This document shows positions 11,950-24,000 of a stretch of 64,000 bases of DNA, piece after piece. This DNA is from Williopsis jadinii (lineage: Eukaryota): NCBI GenBank assembly GCA_024346625.1, contig AP024666.1:806001-870000 (forward strand), written 5' to 3'. Below the pieces are notes generated by a model that saw only the letters and a list, made by a program, of their open reading frames with translations, had not been told where the DNA came from and did not search any database. Every line of letters starts with the position of its first letter. Within the stretch, counting starts at the first letter, position 1. A program made the position numbers and the translations under genes.

Positions 11950-12350
11950 TGTCACTTTACACAAGTTGAACAGATGATGAATATGGGGAAAACTCGAAAG
12001 AATGTGGCTTATTTCCATGTCAATTTTCATTCTGCAATTTGGAACGGCCCTGATATTGTGTTCTCTATTTTCGGTCCTGTTCTGAAATCCGGTACAAATT
12101 TTGGCGTACGTTGAGGAGGCTGCACGTCTTAAAATAGGGAGAAAATGGTCTATATGGACCACCCAGAACTTCACCATTTGAAAAGGATGCTTTGTATTTC
12201 CTGTTCGACTGAATTGAAGTGGAAATTTAGCAATTGCAATCTGAGAAGTTCCCAGAAAAGGTGCTGCTTGTTCTACAGATTTGGGAAATCTTGGTAGTTC
12301 CGCTGATAGTCGTCATCACTTGAGGATTGAAACCAGATCCAACCCATACA

Positions 12351-14435
12351 ATGGTGTTCGCTTTACCCCCAATAGGAACTGTTTTCAAGCAGAGGTTCTC
12401 CCCAAATGATCAATTGAGAGCTCTATCATCACTGGCTAAGTTGGCAAAAGACCCATTGGCACCTCTGAGAATACGATGGTTTTACGCAACTGATATTCCT
12501 GAGTCGATGCCACCTTACTTCAAGTATACAAAAGTCGGAGAGCCAAAGAAGTTCTCTGCATTCTCAGAAGCCGATTCCAACAGGCTGGAAAAAGAGTACC
12601 AGAGGCTTTTGAATAAGGAGCCTTTCAGAAATATTATTTCGGTCAATGAGGATCTGTTATTTGAAGTGGACTTGGAGAGTAGAACGATGTATCCTGTTTA
12701 CTGGGAAGGTGCGGTTTACCAGGTCAGAAGAGGAGGTTGGTTCACCACTGAGGCTCAGCCTGTTCCGGAAGAGCTTACCGATAAGCTGGAGCGAGGCTAC
12801 TGTGTCATGAGACCATACGAAAGTGAAGATGATATCGAGAAGGTGAACCCACTGTCGAAGAAGAACGTGGCAGATGATGTCTATGAATTGCCCGGTGGTC
12901 GCAAGGTGTTGTATGCTGATTCGTCATACGCCTATGTCTTGGATGAAGGGTACGGTGGTATGATGCAATTGAACTTCTTGAAGGCTGTTAAATCGCTGCC
13001 TGCAATTGGTGCACAACTTCTGAAGAGAGGATTTGGTACACCAGAAGCTGAAAAGGAGAAGGCTGGAGATGAACAGCCCGATGAGTTTGGCCTTGCAAGC
13101 TTCGATGTGATTGCAGATCTCTTCAATACAGGCAAAGCCGTCAACGAAGTTGATACTTCCAAGGCCTTGGAATTAGAGATGAAGGACTATAAATCTGATG
13201 ATGAAGATGGAGCTATGAGCGACAATGATGATGAGCAGCCACAGGAAAGACAGATAGACCATCTCATCTTCTGTGTCCATGGTATTGGTCAGATGCTGGG
13301 GACAAAATATCAGAACGTGAACTTTGTCCATACAGTGAACATCATGAGAAAGAATTTGAAGAAAGTGTACTCGCAGAGCAACGAAATTCAAGAGTGCGTG
13401 GGTGACCCAACCAACTGTCGTGTTCAAGTGCTGCCAATATCATGGCGCCAAAAGCTGAGCTTCAACAACGACGATGATGTGTCCGAGACGTTGCCCTCGC
13501 TGAATGATATCACAGTGTCTGAACTCAGACCAATGAGGAACATGATGGGCTCTGTATTGTTTGACATTCTGTTATACTATGAGCCTCAATATCTGTCACA
13601 GATCTATCATCAGGTTATCTACGAGTCCAATAGGCAATACGACATTTTCAAGAAGAGGCATCCAGACTTCAAAGGGAAGGTGTCAATCATTGGACACTCT
13701 CTGGGCTCCTGTATCGCATTGGACATTCTCACTAAACAGCCAGATATCCTGGACCCTTCGGATCCAAACCAGCTCCACTTCAAGGTTGAGAACTATTTTG
13801 CCATTGGATCACCAGCAGGCCTGTTCAACCTGTTGAAGGGCTACAACATTGGACCACGCTCCACTCTAGGGCAATCTACAGATAAAGTGCTGACGCTGGC
13901 GTGCAATAACTACTACAACATATTCCATCCCTGTGATCCAGTTGGGTACAGGGTTGAGCCTTTGGTTATGAAGGAAATGAAAAAATATGAGGCCGAGTCT
14001 ATACCCTTCATGATTGAAGATTTCAACAAGCAATTGTCAACTTTGGCCCAATTCTCAGATAACTTCAGAACAAAGGTCATGGCAACTGCTGCTGATTCTT
14101 GGTCCTCGCAATGGAGTAACTACATGGGACAACGCAAGGATCAACAGCAACAAGTGGACGTCACCAAGGAAGCTGTGAAGAAGGCCACCGGTGAGGTTGT
14201 GGAGATGACACCTGAGCAATTGAAGGTATTCACAGCTTTGAACTACAACGGTAGAGTCGACTTTGCCCTACAGCAGGGCTATCTAGATTTCTCCATAGTG
14301 TCTGGTCTAACTGCTCATGTCAGTTACTTTGAAGATGAGAACGTGGCCGCGTTCATCCTCAAAGAGGCTATGGCACCACATGAGCTCGTCAAGGAGAAGA
14401 AGATGAAAACATTGATCCTAGACGAAACCGATTGA
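12351..14435 (+). CDS. DDL1: DDHD-domain phospholipase A1
   Basis: RWFYATD, HLIFCVHGIG, lipase GHSLG, NIFHPCDPVGYRVEPL and AHVSYF motifs. Confidence 0.9.
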   Translation: MVFALPPIGTVFKQRFSPNDQLRALSSLAKLAKDPLAPLRIRWFYATDIPESMPPYFKYTKVGEPKKFSAFSEADSNRLEKEYQRLLNKEPFRNIISVNEDLLFEVDLESRTMYPVYWEGAVYQVRRGGWFTTEAQPVPEELTDKLERGYCVMRPYESEDDIEKVNPLSKKNVADDVYELPGGRKVLYADSSYAYVLDEGYGGMMQLNFLKAVKSLPAIGAQLLKRGFGTPEAEKEKAGDEQPDEFGLASFDVIADLFNTGKAVNEVDTSKALELEMKDYKSDDEDGAMSDNDDEQPQERQIDHLIFCVHGIGQMLGTKYQNVNFVHTVNIMRKNLKKVYSQSNEIQECVGDPTNCRVQVLPISWRQKLSFNNDDDVSETLPSLNDITVSELRPMRNMMGSVLFDILLYYEPQYLSQIYHQVIYESNRQYDIFKKRHPDFKGKVSIIGHSLGSCIALDILTKQPDILDPSDPNQLHFKVENYFAIGSPAGLFNLLKGYNIGPRSTLGQSTDKVLTLACNNYYNIFHPCDPVGYRVEPLVMKEMKKYEAESIPFMIEDFNKQLSTLAQFSDNFRTKVMATAADSWSSQWSNYMGQRKDQQQQVDVTKEAVKKATGEVVEMTPEQLKVFTALNYNGRVDFALQQGYLDFSIVSGLTAHVSYFEDENVAAFILKEAMAPHELVKEKKMKTLILDETD

Positions 14436-14492
14436 ACAATGATTACAATTAGAACATGTACATAAAATCTGTTAAAAACGATATGATCGCCA

Positions 14493-15116
14493 TTACAACA
14501 AGTCGTCGAGTGACTGCTCAGAGTCTCTCTTGATCAAGTCCAGCATCCCCTCTGGCAGTATTGGTCTCCCGTTGCTGTCCAGTACGTATCTGAATGGCAT
14601 CTCCGTAGCCTCGTTCTTGTTGAATCTGAACTCTGGATAGTCAATGAAGTCGATATCTTCAAATGGCTTCTTGTCCTTCACGATCAGCTGTGTCACCCTG
14701 ACTGCGGTATCAGTGGTCATCTGCTTAGATCCCAGCCTTCTGCCTTCGAATCCATACTTTCTTCTGAGCTCACCAGTTCTGTCCCTAGGAGGATGATCTC
14801 CAAGAATGCCTCCAAAGACAAAATAGTCAAAGGCCTCGGCCTCACCTGGCACCAGGTCCTTCTCTGCAGAAGGGTCCAGCAGGCAAACTCGCTCCTTCAC
14901 GATAGGGAGGGCCTCCGTCCCAGCCTGGCTCACGTCGTCAGAAGTCCACTGTAAGCCCAAGGCAAGCAGCTCTTTTGGAATGTCACTGTCCGTGGTGCCC
15001 TGTGGAAGAGAAGTCAGCAACAAGTTCTCCCTGCCAACCTCCTTGATGATGGTGGAGTACTCGAGAATCACCCATTCGGTGAATCCCTGTTCCATGTGCT
15101 CTATAACGTACTTCAT
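14493..15116 (-). CDS. SFM1: SPOUT-family protein arginine methyltransferase Sfm1
   Basis: MKYVIEHME, FVFGGILGDHPPRDRT, QMTTDTAV and EMPFRYV motifs. Confidence 0.92.
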   Translation of the reverse strand: MKYVIEHMEQGFTEWVILEYSTIIKEVGRENLLLTSLPQGTTDSDIPKELLALGLQWTSDDVSQAGTEALPIVKERVCLLDPSAEKDLVPGEAEAFDYFVFGGILGDHPPRDRTGELRRKYGFEGRRLGSKQMTTDTAVRVTQLIVKDKKPFEDIDFIDYPEFRFNKNEATEMPFRYVLDSNGRPILPEGMLDLIKRDSEQSLDDLL

Positions 15117-15258
15117 CGTCTGCTTAGCTGCCTTCTGCTGCCGAGCCGTTGTTGGCTTGCGATGAGCTACAAATTTTCACGCTTTTTCCTCTGCGTTCCG
15201 CTGCCTAGCTCTGTTCAGCCAACATCGATACTGGCAAGGTACATCAAAGCGCAACGAT

Positions 15259-16641
15259 ATGAACGCGAAGAGACCGTCAGACGAATCTGATGGTGGTGAG
15301 CTTAAACGGGTGAAGCTGGAGGACAAGGAGGAGAAAGCCCGCCGTGCAAGGGAGAGAATTGCAGCCCTGAAGGCTAAGAAGCTGTTACATGAACGAGGAC
15401 AGCAGGCAAGCCAGGTTGATGGCAATGGTAGTGCTCAGAGTAAAGGCGTTGTCAAGGAGAAGGAGCCAGCAAAAGGTTTGGACGTGGAGTTGCACCCTCT
15501 GCTCACTGGTGACGAGAAATGGAAGACAGACAACCCGAACTTGAGGAAGTTCAACAAGCGTGGATACGCTGTCAATCCTTATCTCAGTGATACGAAGCCG
15601 GAGAGGAAGAGAAGGGAGTTCAAGTTCAACGAAGGAGGGAAGTACATTGCACTTGGTGACGAGGTGCGGAAACAACTGGCCCTTGAGCGGGCTGAACAGG
15701 CTGTCATTGAGGAGAAGAGATCGCAAGGCTTACTACCGGATGAGTCTCTACAAGAGCAGAAGTATGCGATACCGGAACAACCGCTATGTGAATGGTGGGA
15801 CACGCCATTCACTGAGGATTACCGTGAACTGAACGAAGCGTCGATATCGATGTATATCCAACACCCTGTGCCTATCATGGCGCCTTGGGAGAGCCACCTT
15901 CCGCCGCCTAAACCTCTGTTCTTGACGAAGAAAGAGATGAAGAGGATCCGAAGACAGGCTCGAGCTGAGAAGTACGAGGAGGAGCAAAACAAGATAAAGC
16001 TGGGCCTGGCTCCACCCCCGCCTCCAAAGGTGAAGCTGAACAACCTGATGAATGCATTGACGAACGAGGCTATCAAGGACCCTACAGCGGTGGAGCAGCG
16101 TGTTCGTCGTGAAGTCCAAGAAAGAGAGGCCAAGCACATCGCAGACAACCAATCTCGGAAGCTGAGCAAGGAGCAGAGAATTGAGAAGAAGGAAGAGAAG
16201 ATTGAAAGAGATCTACAGCTGGGGGTTTACAGTGCTGTCTTTGTGATTGACAAGCTCGAGCATCCATCTCATAAGTTCAAAGTGGAGAGAAATGCCACTC
16301 AATCGAGGTTTGTGGGTAGCCTACTGTACTGTCCTGAGTTCGTGCTGGTGATTGTCGAAGGCACTGAAAAGAACATCCGCCACTACAAGAGGTTGATGAT
16401 GAACAGGATCAAGTGGGATGAAGCAACCAGCGTTGACGGCCACGACATGTCATTAGCTGGCAACCAATGTCAACTGATCTGGGAAGGGCCGTTGAACGAG
16501 CCCCATTTCAAGAAGTGGACCGTCTTCAGATCCGATTCTGAGCAAGGTGCGATGAGCTACCTCGAGCACTTTGGAGTGATACAGTACTTCAAGGAGGCCA
16601 TTGTAAAGACACAGGCTACACAACAGGCAAGGGCAAAATGA
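15259..16641 (+). CDS. PRP3: U4/U6 snRNP protein Prp3
   Basis: EWWD, YIQHPVP, LTKKEMKRIRR, PPPPKVKLNNLM and YKRLMMNRIKW motifs. Confidence 0.93.
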   Translation: MNAKRPSDESDGGELKRVKLEDKEEKARRARERIAALKAKKLLHERGQQASQVDGNGSAQSKGVVKEKEPAKGLDVELHPLLTGDEKWKTDNPNLRKFNKRGYAVNPYLSDTKPERKRREFKFNEGGKYIALGDEVRKQLALERAEQAVIEEKRSQGLLPDESLQEQKYAIPEQPLCEWWDTPFTEDYRELNEASISMYIQHPVPIMAPWESHLPPPKPLFLTKKEMKRIRRQARAEKYEEEQNKIKLGLAPPPPPKVKLNNLMNALTNEAIKDPTAVEQRVRREVQEREAKHIADNQSRKLSKEQRIEKKEEKIERDLQLGVYSAVFVIDKLEHPSHKFKVERNATQSRFVGSLLYCPEFVLVIVEGTEKNIRHYKRLMMNRIKWDEATSVDGHDMSLAGNQCQLIWEGPLNEPHFKKWTVFRSDSEQGAMSYLEHFGVIQYFKEAIVKTQATQQARAK

Positions 16642-16757
16642 ACAACTCTGCATATATACAAGATCTGTGTATTATACTTCGTCTACACGCTTCCAAGAGT
16701 TGAGGGGCAAACGTCATACAATAACAACTGTGACGTGATGAGATGGGACGGGCGCGT

Positions 16758-17072
16758 TTACTCTTGGATCTTTGCGAGGATCTCAGCGTCTCTGAAGAGG
16801 ATAACCTCATCGTCACCAACCTTGATTGGAGAGCCGCCAAAGCTTGGAATCAAGACGGTCTCGCCTGGTGCAACGTTTGGCACAACCTTGTTACCGTTCT
16901 GGTCGGTGAATCCTGGCCCAACAGCCAACACCTTGGCCTGGTTGAGCTTCTCAACGTTCTTCTCCGGCAAAAGAATACCTGACGCAGTCTTAGCCTCCGC
17001 CTTGACTCTTTGAACAAGGACTCTGTCGAGCAGTGGAACAATGGAGGAAATTGACTTGAGAGCAGCAGACAT
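16758..17072 (-). CDS. HSP10: Mitochondrial co-chaperonin Hsp10
   Basis: PLLDRVLVQRVKAEAKTASGILLPE (GroES family); ATG at 17072, 104 aa. Confidence 0.96.
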   Translation of the reverse strand: MSAALKSISSIVPLLDRVLVQRVKAEAKTASGILLPEKNVEKLNQAKVLAVGPGFTDQNGNKVVPNVAPGETVLIPSFGGSPIKVGDDEVILFRDAEILAKIQE

Positions 17073-17213
17073 GGTGATTGATTTTGTTGATGTGAGAACT
17101 AATCCGCAGTGAAGAGAGGAAGAGAAGAAGCTAAGCGAAAGATTGAAGGAAATGACCAAAATTTGTGCAAAAGTTCCCCCATAAAAACGGCGCCGGTGGG
17201 TGCGTGGGAAAAT

Positions 17214-17228
17214 CGAAAATTCTGGAAT
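17214..17228. promoter_or_regulatory. Heat-shock element upstream of HSP10
   Basis: cGAAaaTTCtgGAAt: three alternating nGAAn units ~145 bp upstream of the HSP10 ATG. Confidence 0.75.
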
Positions 17229-17291
17229 TTTTCTCTGGTTTTGATTACGTAAGCACGTACTCCTTTGAATGGGGATGCAATAGAGACGGTG

Positions 17292-17307
17292 TTTCCCAAA
17301 TAGGTAG
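17292..17307. promoter_or_regulatory. Mcm1 (MADS)-type site in the HSP10/MCO10 divergent promoter
   Basis: TTTCCCAAATAGGTAG matches TTWCC(N6)GGWAA at all but the last position. Confidence 0.4.
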
Positions 17308-17481
17308 TCTACCGGAATAGGACACTTTCCGCTTTGGGGTGTTTTGCGGTGGTTTAATTTCCCCAAGCATGCTCGGTGGTTTTCGCTACTTTTTGCGGGT
17401 GCCCATTTGGTTCTCCTTTCTCGAGACTCCTTTTGCTAGTTCAATTGGTTGTTCAACATACTTTAAAACCAAGAATACACG

Positions 17482-17888
17482 ATGGGATCCGCTTATACTA
17501 TCTTTGGTAAACAAGTCTCCTCTCACTGGGTAAGTTTGATGCGTCTGCGCGGGTCAATTGGCCCCTGAGCTGGACATAGCACTAACAGTCAAAATTGAAA
17601 TGTTGAAGATTGCCATTGCAACACTATCCGCCGCTCTTGGTCTTGGTGTTGTGTCCTCATCTGGATCTAAGGCTGAGGCCTCACCAAAGGCCACTCCTGT
17701 TCCAGCTGCTCCGGTTGCTGAGAAGAGTGAAGACTTTGACGTTGAGAAGTTGTTGAAGTGAGTGCTCCTTTCCTTTTACCCCCTCCCACCGCTGCTCGGG
17801 AGCCCTACACCATCAATTCCATCTGATCTCCAATTACTGACATGGTTGTTCTAGTGACTTCTTGAAGGATGACGAGGAAAAGAAGTGA
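17482..17888 (+). CDS. MCO10: ATP synthase subunit k family microprotein (Mco10/Atp19-like), 76 aa, 3 exons (17482-17529, 17609-17757, 17855-17888)
   Basis: Spliced product MGSAYTIFGKQVSSHWIAIATL...DFDVEKLLNDFLKDDEEKK. Introns GTAAGT..CACTAAC..AAG and GTGAGT..TACTGAC..TAG. Divergent from HSP10, like YOR020W-A. Confidence 0.8.
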
Positions 17889-18088
17889 ACCCTTCCCCCA
17901 CACTCTAAGTATATCCAATATGATGCATCGTGATGAAATACAGACAAAACTAAGCTCAAACATACATCTCTACGAGAGAGTACTTATATTCAAATCTACA
18001 TACACAAAACACAATTGAACATCTACGTTATCGCTGCTTTAACTAATAGTGAAAAGTGTTCCTTTAAAAACCATAACTATATCTTTTT

Positions 18089-21000
18089 TTATGCTAATCC
18101 GAATCCTTCATGGCCTTCGTTGATCGCCAGCAATAATGCCTTTCTCAATTTCTCATACGAATCGTATGCCGGCAGATCAATTTGGTTAAAACAAGTATGA
18201 GATGATGGTAAGCGATCAGTGGATCCAAAATCTTTATGGATGTTGAACTTTGTAGCTCCGTTGGCGCCTTCTAACTCTTTAAATCCATTTAATGGAACTT
18301 TGGAGGTACCAGTTGCGAATTGTAACAGTTTGGCACGTTCCTCAGTGTCAAATGAACGGACTGCTCTCCAGAAATAGGAAATCTCACGAGAGGATGCGGT
18401 ATAGTTCACATACGTGGTGTTGTTCTTCCAGTCATCAACATCAATATCAGGTAATCCTGAGATCAGCAATTCCAATTCTTGTTCGTCAAAGATTGAAATC
18501 AACGTCTTTGGAATGATCTCATAGAACCCTTGAAGGAAATTCTCAACTTGTTCTTCGACACTCTTTTGAACACGGAATTCAACAACCTTTTTGACATATT
18601 GTTGTTTGTTCTCCTCGGTAACTGCAATATTACGTCCATCAGGTATTAAATCAATGATCTTCTTTTCGCCATAGTCATCGGCCTCGATAGAAAAGGTTTC
18701 AATTATAACATCCGTGATATCATTCTCCAGCATCCATGTCAAAGATTTATAGATGTTCAAGTCGATTGTCTCAACATCTTTCAAAGAGACTTTGCAGCCA
18801 AGAATACTCTTGTAGACATCACGAGTGAAATGACAATCCAGGAAACATCCATCGTAGATAGCCTTACCAATGATACGACCAACAAATTTGAAGAATGATA
18901 AATGCTCAGGATTCACCCAAGACGTTCTATTAGGATGGAATGTCGTCTTATCAGAGGCAATTGGTAAAAACAGCGCGTAATCAGGGTTGAACATCTGTCT
19001 CGATAAGACCTGATACCATTCCCTGGTCACACCACCAGCATCAACACCAGCTTCGCCTTTGAAATTGATCTCCAACTTGGCATTGCGGAATTCATCTTTA
19101 GATTTAAAGAACAAAGCTCTATAAGAATCCAAAAACACCTCCTTACGACGCACAGATATTGACATCGTCTTTCTTTCCGTCTCAGTATCATGTAACTTTC
19201 TGTCAAAGTAGTTCTTCTTATTGTCAAACTCAAGGATCTTTGGATTCTTAACAAGCATGGTAAATGGACCACTCATCAACTTTGGATTGGATCTAACCAT
19301 CTGATTCAAGATCTTCTTATGCTCATTAGTGAACGAGAAGAAAAGGTTTTCAATGTTTTCATTGGCAAAATCTTTGGAATTCTCATAGTTAAACACATCT
19401 TTTGCTTGTACATCCTTTACCTCACTGTGTTTACAAACAACCATCAAAGACTCTATCAGAGGTAACAAAGCTGTGGCAACATGGGTAATACTCTTATTGG
19501 CTTCAAAAATATCAAGAGAGTCACTAAGAGAGACCCATAGAGAACCAAGCTTCAAATTTGTATAAAGCTTCGTCAGTTCCTTGTTCTCCATAACCTTATC
19601 ACCACCATCCTTCTTCTCCCTGCCAAACAGATAGTCCAAAGCTGTTAATACTCTCAATAATTTAGATTGATCAGAGCTCGATGAAGTGAACTTCTGCATA
19701 ATCTGTGAGTCGAAATCAGAAGCTTCTTCATCCAGTTTTTTCAAATCACCAACTAACACTTCAAGATCTTTGTTCAAGGATGATGCCAACTTCATAGACA
19801 GTTTAGAGAGCTCATTGGAGAATACATTATGAGCATTCAGCACAAGCAAATTTTGCATTGCACTGAGTGTTTGTTGAAAAGTACGACTCGAGCAATCATC
19901 AGAAACCAGTATGGTTACAAAGTTTCTCAAACTGGTGCTGGTTATGATCGGTAGTTCAATCTTTGAAGGGTCTTCAGCTGCTTCTTTTGCTTTCTTCATC
20001 GATGCCAATGGACGTGTGGTAATCTGAACCAGGCGAGATAAGCCATCCATAAGCACCGACTTTTGCTTAACCAGGGGAATATCAAGCAAGTTTAATAAGA
20101 AGTTTATGGGGTATTTAGATGACTTGCCACTCAAATGGGATTTTTTGATGGAGCCTGCCTTCTTGTATAGCAATACCGGATCATGCTCTGTAATGAAATA
20201 GTATCTCAATTGTGGATCTGACTCGAGTAAAAATTGAAGCGCTTCTAACACTTGGCAAGCAATCACAAATGGTGAAGCACGGTTTGGGAAATGACCCAGA
20301 CTCTGCATATCTTTTGGAACAACTGATTGTGAAGGAGTCCGTGGAGTTCCAAGCTTAGAAGGAGTAGATACAGGACCTTGGGAAGCAGTTGGTGAAGGTC
20401 TTACACGAGTGCAGATTTGACGGTAGACATTTTGTAAGGCCTCTTGTGATGAAATGCCATCTTGCAATATTGCAATCAGCAAGCCAAGAACTTCAGATCT
20501 GGTCTGTTTGTTTAAACAGAGCTGTCCTAACAGCATGTACAATGACTTTCTTGCTGGGAATGACTGCGGTATGAAAACAAATCTAATCAAAGAAGCAACG
20601 CCATATTTGTCTAAAAGAGGCGTGAAGAAGACTTTTTGTTTGGCCTTCTTATCCTTTTTGGACTCTTCATCTGAGGTCACGTTAGTTTCCTCTTGCTGAA
20701 CTGTCTGAGACTGTTCAACAGCTCTTAATCTGCTGGATAATGCTTCTTGAGTTAGAATCTCTGTTCGTATATGCTCGGGTAAAGCCTCCAAAAAGTCCTC
20801 ATCAATCTCTCTCGTGTGTCCAGTATCTCCTGTGGTGGATGCCTCTGCACGTCTCTCCCTAATATGCTGTGTCAAGACGTCTTCCCTCATATCATCCGGC
20901 AGAGCCTCGAAGAATTCGGGATCAATATCTGTCCCACTGATATCAACTTGTCTGCCACCAACAGTCACCCAAATAGGATCCAGTTGATGGGGTTCTTCGT

Positions 21001-24000
21001 GTTCCTCATCATTATTGCTGGTATTGGCTTCAAGTTGTGCCTGTTCTGCACGTCTCTGTGCCTCTTCTTCAGCTTGACGTTTCTGCTCCTCTTCTTCCTT
21101 CTGGTGTTTCATATCCTCTGCCTTCTGGTTTTCATTATAGATTTCACGGCTTGGTTCATAGATATTTTTGAAAATATGGCCGTATATTCTAAGTGCGTCT
21201 GTCTTTGATCCAAGAATCAGAGAAAGCTCGGTCCATCTTTCTTTCGTTGACAAGATCTTGAATTCCTCCTTAGCACGATTATGAGACGATGGCATCTGAT
21301 TCCCATTGCGCTGAGTCAATATATTCACAAAGTAGTCATAGAATTGATTGAGACGAGATGAACCACGTCTTGCATGGATATTACCATTGTTTATCAACTC
21401 AATGAAATCATTACCAGCAATGTTGGAAGTGAGAATACGGCCATGTCTTTGTCTTTCACGTTCAAAATATCTTCTGCTGCCACCATGAAGCACACGTCTC
21501 AAAGTCTGAGGAACCTCTACTGCTTCAGTATCCATGAGTTCAGAGCCATCACTTATATCCTCTTCTTCGTCATCATATCCCAAGACATCTCCTTCATCTT
21601 CAAAGTCCAAAATGTCGCCATGCTCACCAGAACGCACTATCCAATGGCCACTTCCTGCTTCTTCATCGGAAGACTCAGCATCATCATCATCATCAAATTC
21701 AAATACATGATCGTGGTCATGGTCATCAGTTGTGTACCATCCATCATCATCAGCTGCTTCGATATCATCTTCAGCATCAGATCCAATATCCAAGCTCGCG
21801 TCAGAATACTCCTCTGACTCGCTCTCTGAATCGAATTCAGATCCACCAGCAAGTTCTGGTGCGATATCATAACCAACATACTGATCGCTACTATTTGATC
21901 CTGCGTTTTCTTCGTCAGATCCTAAGTCAGAGAATGAGCTATGATCTGAATCTAAAGAAACAGTCTCACCATCATCAGTTGAAATCATTCCATCATCCTC
22001 ATCCTCACTATAGACAATCTCAATATCTTGGCCAATATCATCATCCATGTCTTCATCTTCCTCGATGTCTTCGTCTTCGTCGCCAAAGCTCAATTCATCG
22101 TTGCTGAAATCGTCTTCAGAGTCAATATCTTCAACATCATACATACCAAGTGTAGAGTTCTGGAAGAGATCAGGTGTTTCTTCTTTGAAGTCATTGTCAT
22201 CATCTTCAACCTCTTCTTCCTCGAGACCATTGGTAGGATGTGTTGCTCTGAAGAGTTCCTGATTGTTGGCTTTAATTTGACCCAAAAAGCTCAGTACGTT
22301 AACTGCAGATTCCAGAGGAAAGATATAATCACCAAAGTTGAGATCAATATCAGACAAGATGGATGTCAGCGTTGCTGGCAATCCAGAGTCAATAACAACA
22401 CTGGCGATATGAAATGCATCAAATTCGATCACGTTTGGATCAAGGTAAGGTTCTTCTTGAGGGCTCAGCAACGAACGTAACGCCAAACAAAGAGAAGTTA
22501 CTCTAGCACACATCGTTCTGATACCAGGTGCTGTGGTAACAGACTCCTTGAGCACCTTGTGTATCGTGTCAACAGTAAACTTCCTCATAAATGTCAAGTC
22601 AGGATCAACGTCCTTAGGATCTGCTTTGACATGGCGACCACTCACTGTGGATACGAACGCTATTATAACACTGACAGCCAGCTCACCGACAACTGCTTTA
22701 CGTGCCAATTCTTCATCTGGTAACTCGGCTTTTCCTGATAAGATTAGCTGGTGAAGTAAAAAGTTCAAAGATGTAGACCTAGGTTTCGGTTCTTCGACTG
22801 ATGGCTCTTGAAACAAATTCTTTTTGGAGAACGTCAAGAATTCCAGCTTACTCTGTTTATATGACGCAAGAAGTTCGGTCAAGACCTTCAACAAAAATAT
22901 GATGTGTTCACAGTGCTCGTTCTTGCTAACATCACTCTTTGGCTCTTTGATAAGGTCCAACTCTTTGCGGTCAAGTTGCTTCTTCTTTTCCTCCTCGATT
23001 TCCTTTTCTGATTTGGGTGGTTCAATTAACCAATTATTCCGTACAGCAGACATCAACTCAGTGAGAATTAAGTTAACAATGCCGACAGGGCTCTTGAGTC
23101 CAGTACAGGTTTCTGATTTTACATCCTTGTCAACATCAACCATATCGACATCTTCATCTGCAACATCTATCATTTCAGTGGAAAATGACTTCATTGAGCT
23201 CTCTGTGAAATCAACAAATCTTACACGTTTGGAAATTTCCTCAACAAATATGTCAGGGTTTCTCATAATTACCCCATAACAGTCTTTCAGAACTGAAGAA
23301 AGTTCACGAGACTTGCTTTTCAGCTCCTTTCTGCTCTTATTGGTATACTGCGTCTTTATCTCTCTTATAGCCATATCGGTGATGATGTCTGTGGTCTCAT
23401 AACACCTTCTCACCAAATACATAAAGGCTGTCTGGAGGATATAAGGCTTTTGAGGTTCTTTGAGTTTGGGATATGAAATCGCTTTCAAGATCTTCTCCAC
23501 AACTCCAGATTGAGAGACCTTGTTTGCATACCGAGGGTCGCCAGCATAAATTGTGAGCAGACGACATAGAGCCAAAGCACTGTCTGTAGAGCTTATGTCT
23601 GAGACGGATACAGCAATATCGAAAAGACGATCCCCCGCAGCCTTCTCCAATTTAAACGCAATTGGTGGTTCCTTGAAGATCCCAATAAATGGACGTTCTG
23701 GTCCCAGCTTTACTGGTGATGGCAGTTGTGTCCCCGAAATGATCTTAACCATCGAAAGTACAGCATCATCAAACCAGTCAGCATTGACATATTCAGGCTT
23801 CAATTGGTCAATCACAAAATCTGAGAACTCTTCCAAGATTGAATGACATGAGAAAAACACAGTGTCATTCAGAATCAAGAAACTAAAAAGATTCAACAAA
23901 CCAGCTAAGCCCTTGTTATCAGATACACTTAGATCAAACGATTCAATGTAATCCAAAACCAAACGGAGTATAACAGATTCAAACTCTTCTATTGAAGCAC

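Noticed and set aside
16758..17366. N-terminal extensions in the ORF track (HSP10, GRX8, DIA4, PMP, AHC1, TOM1)
   Set aside because: The extensions run through promoter DNA or start at non-ATG codons; downstream ATGs match family N-termini.
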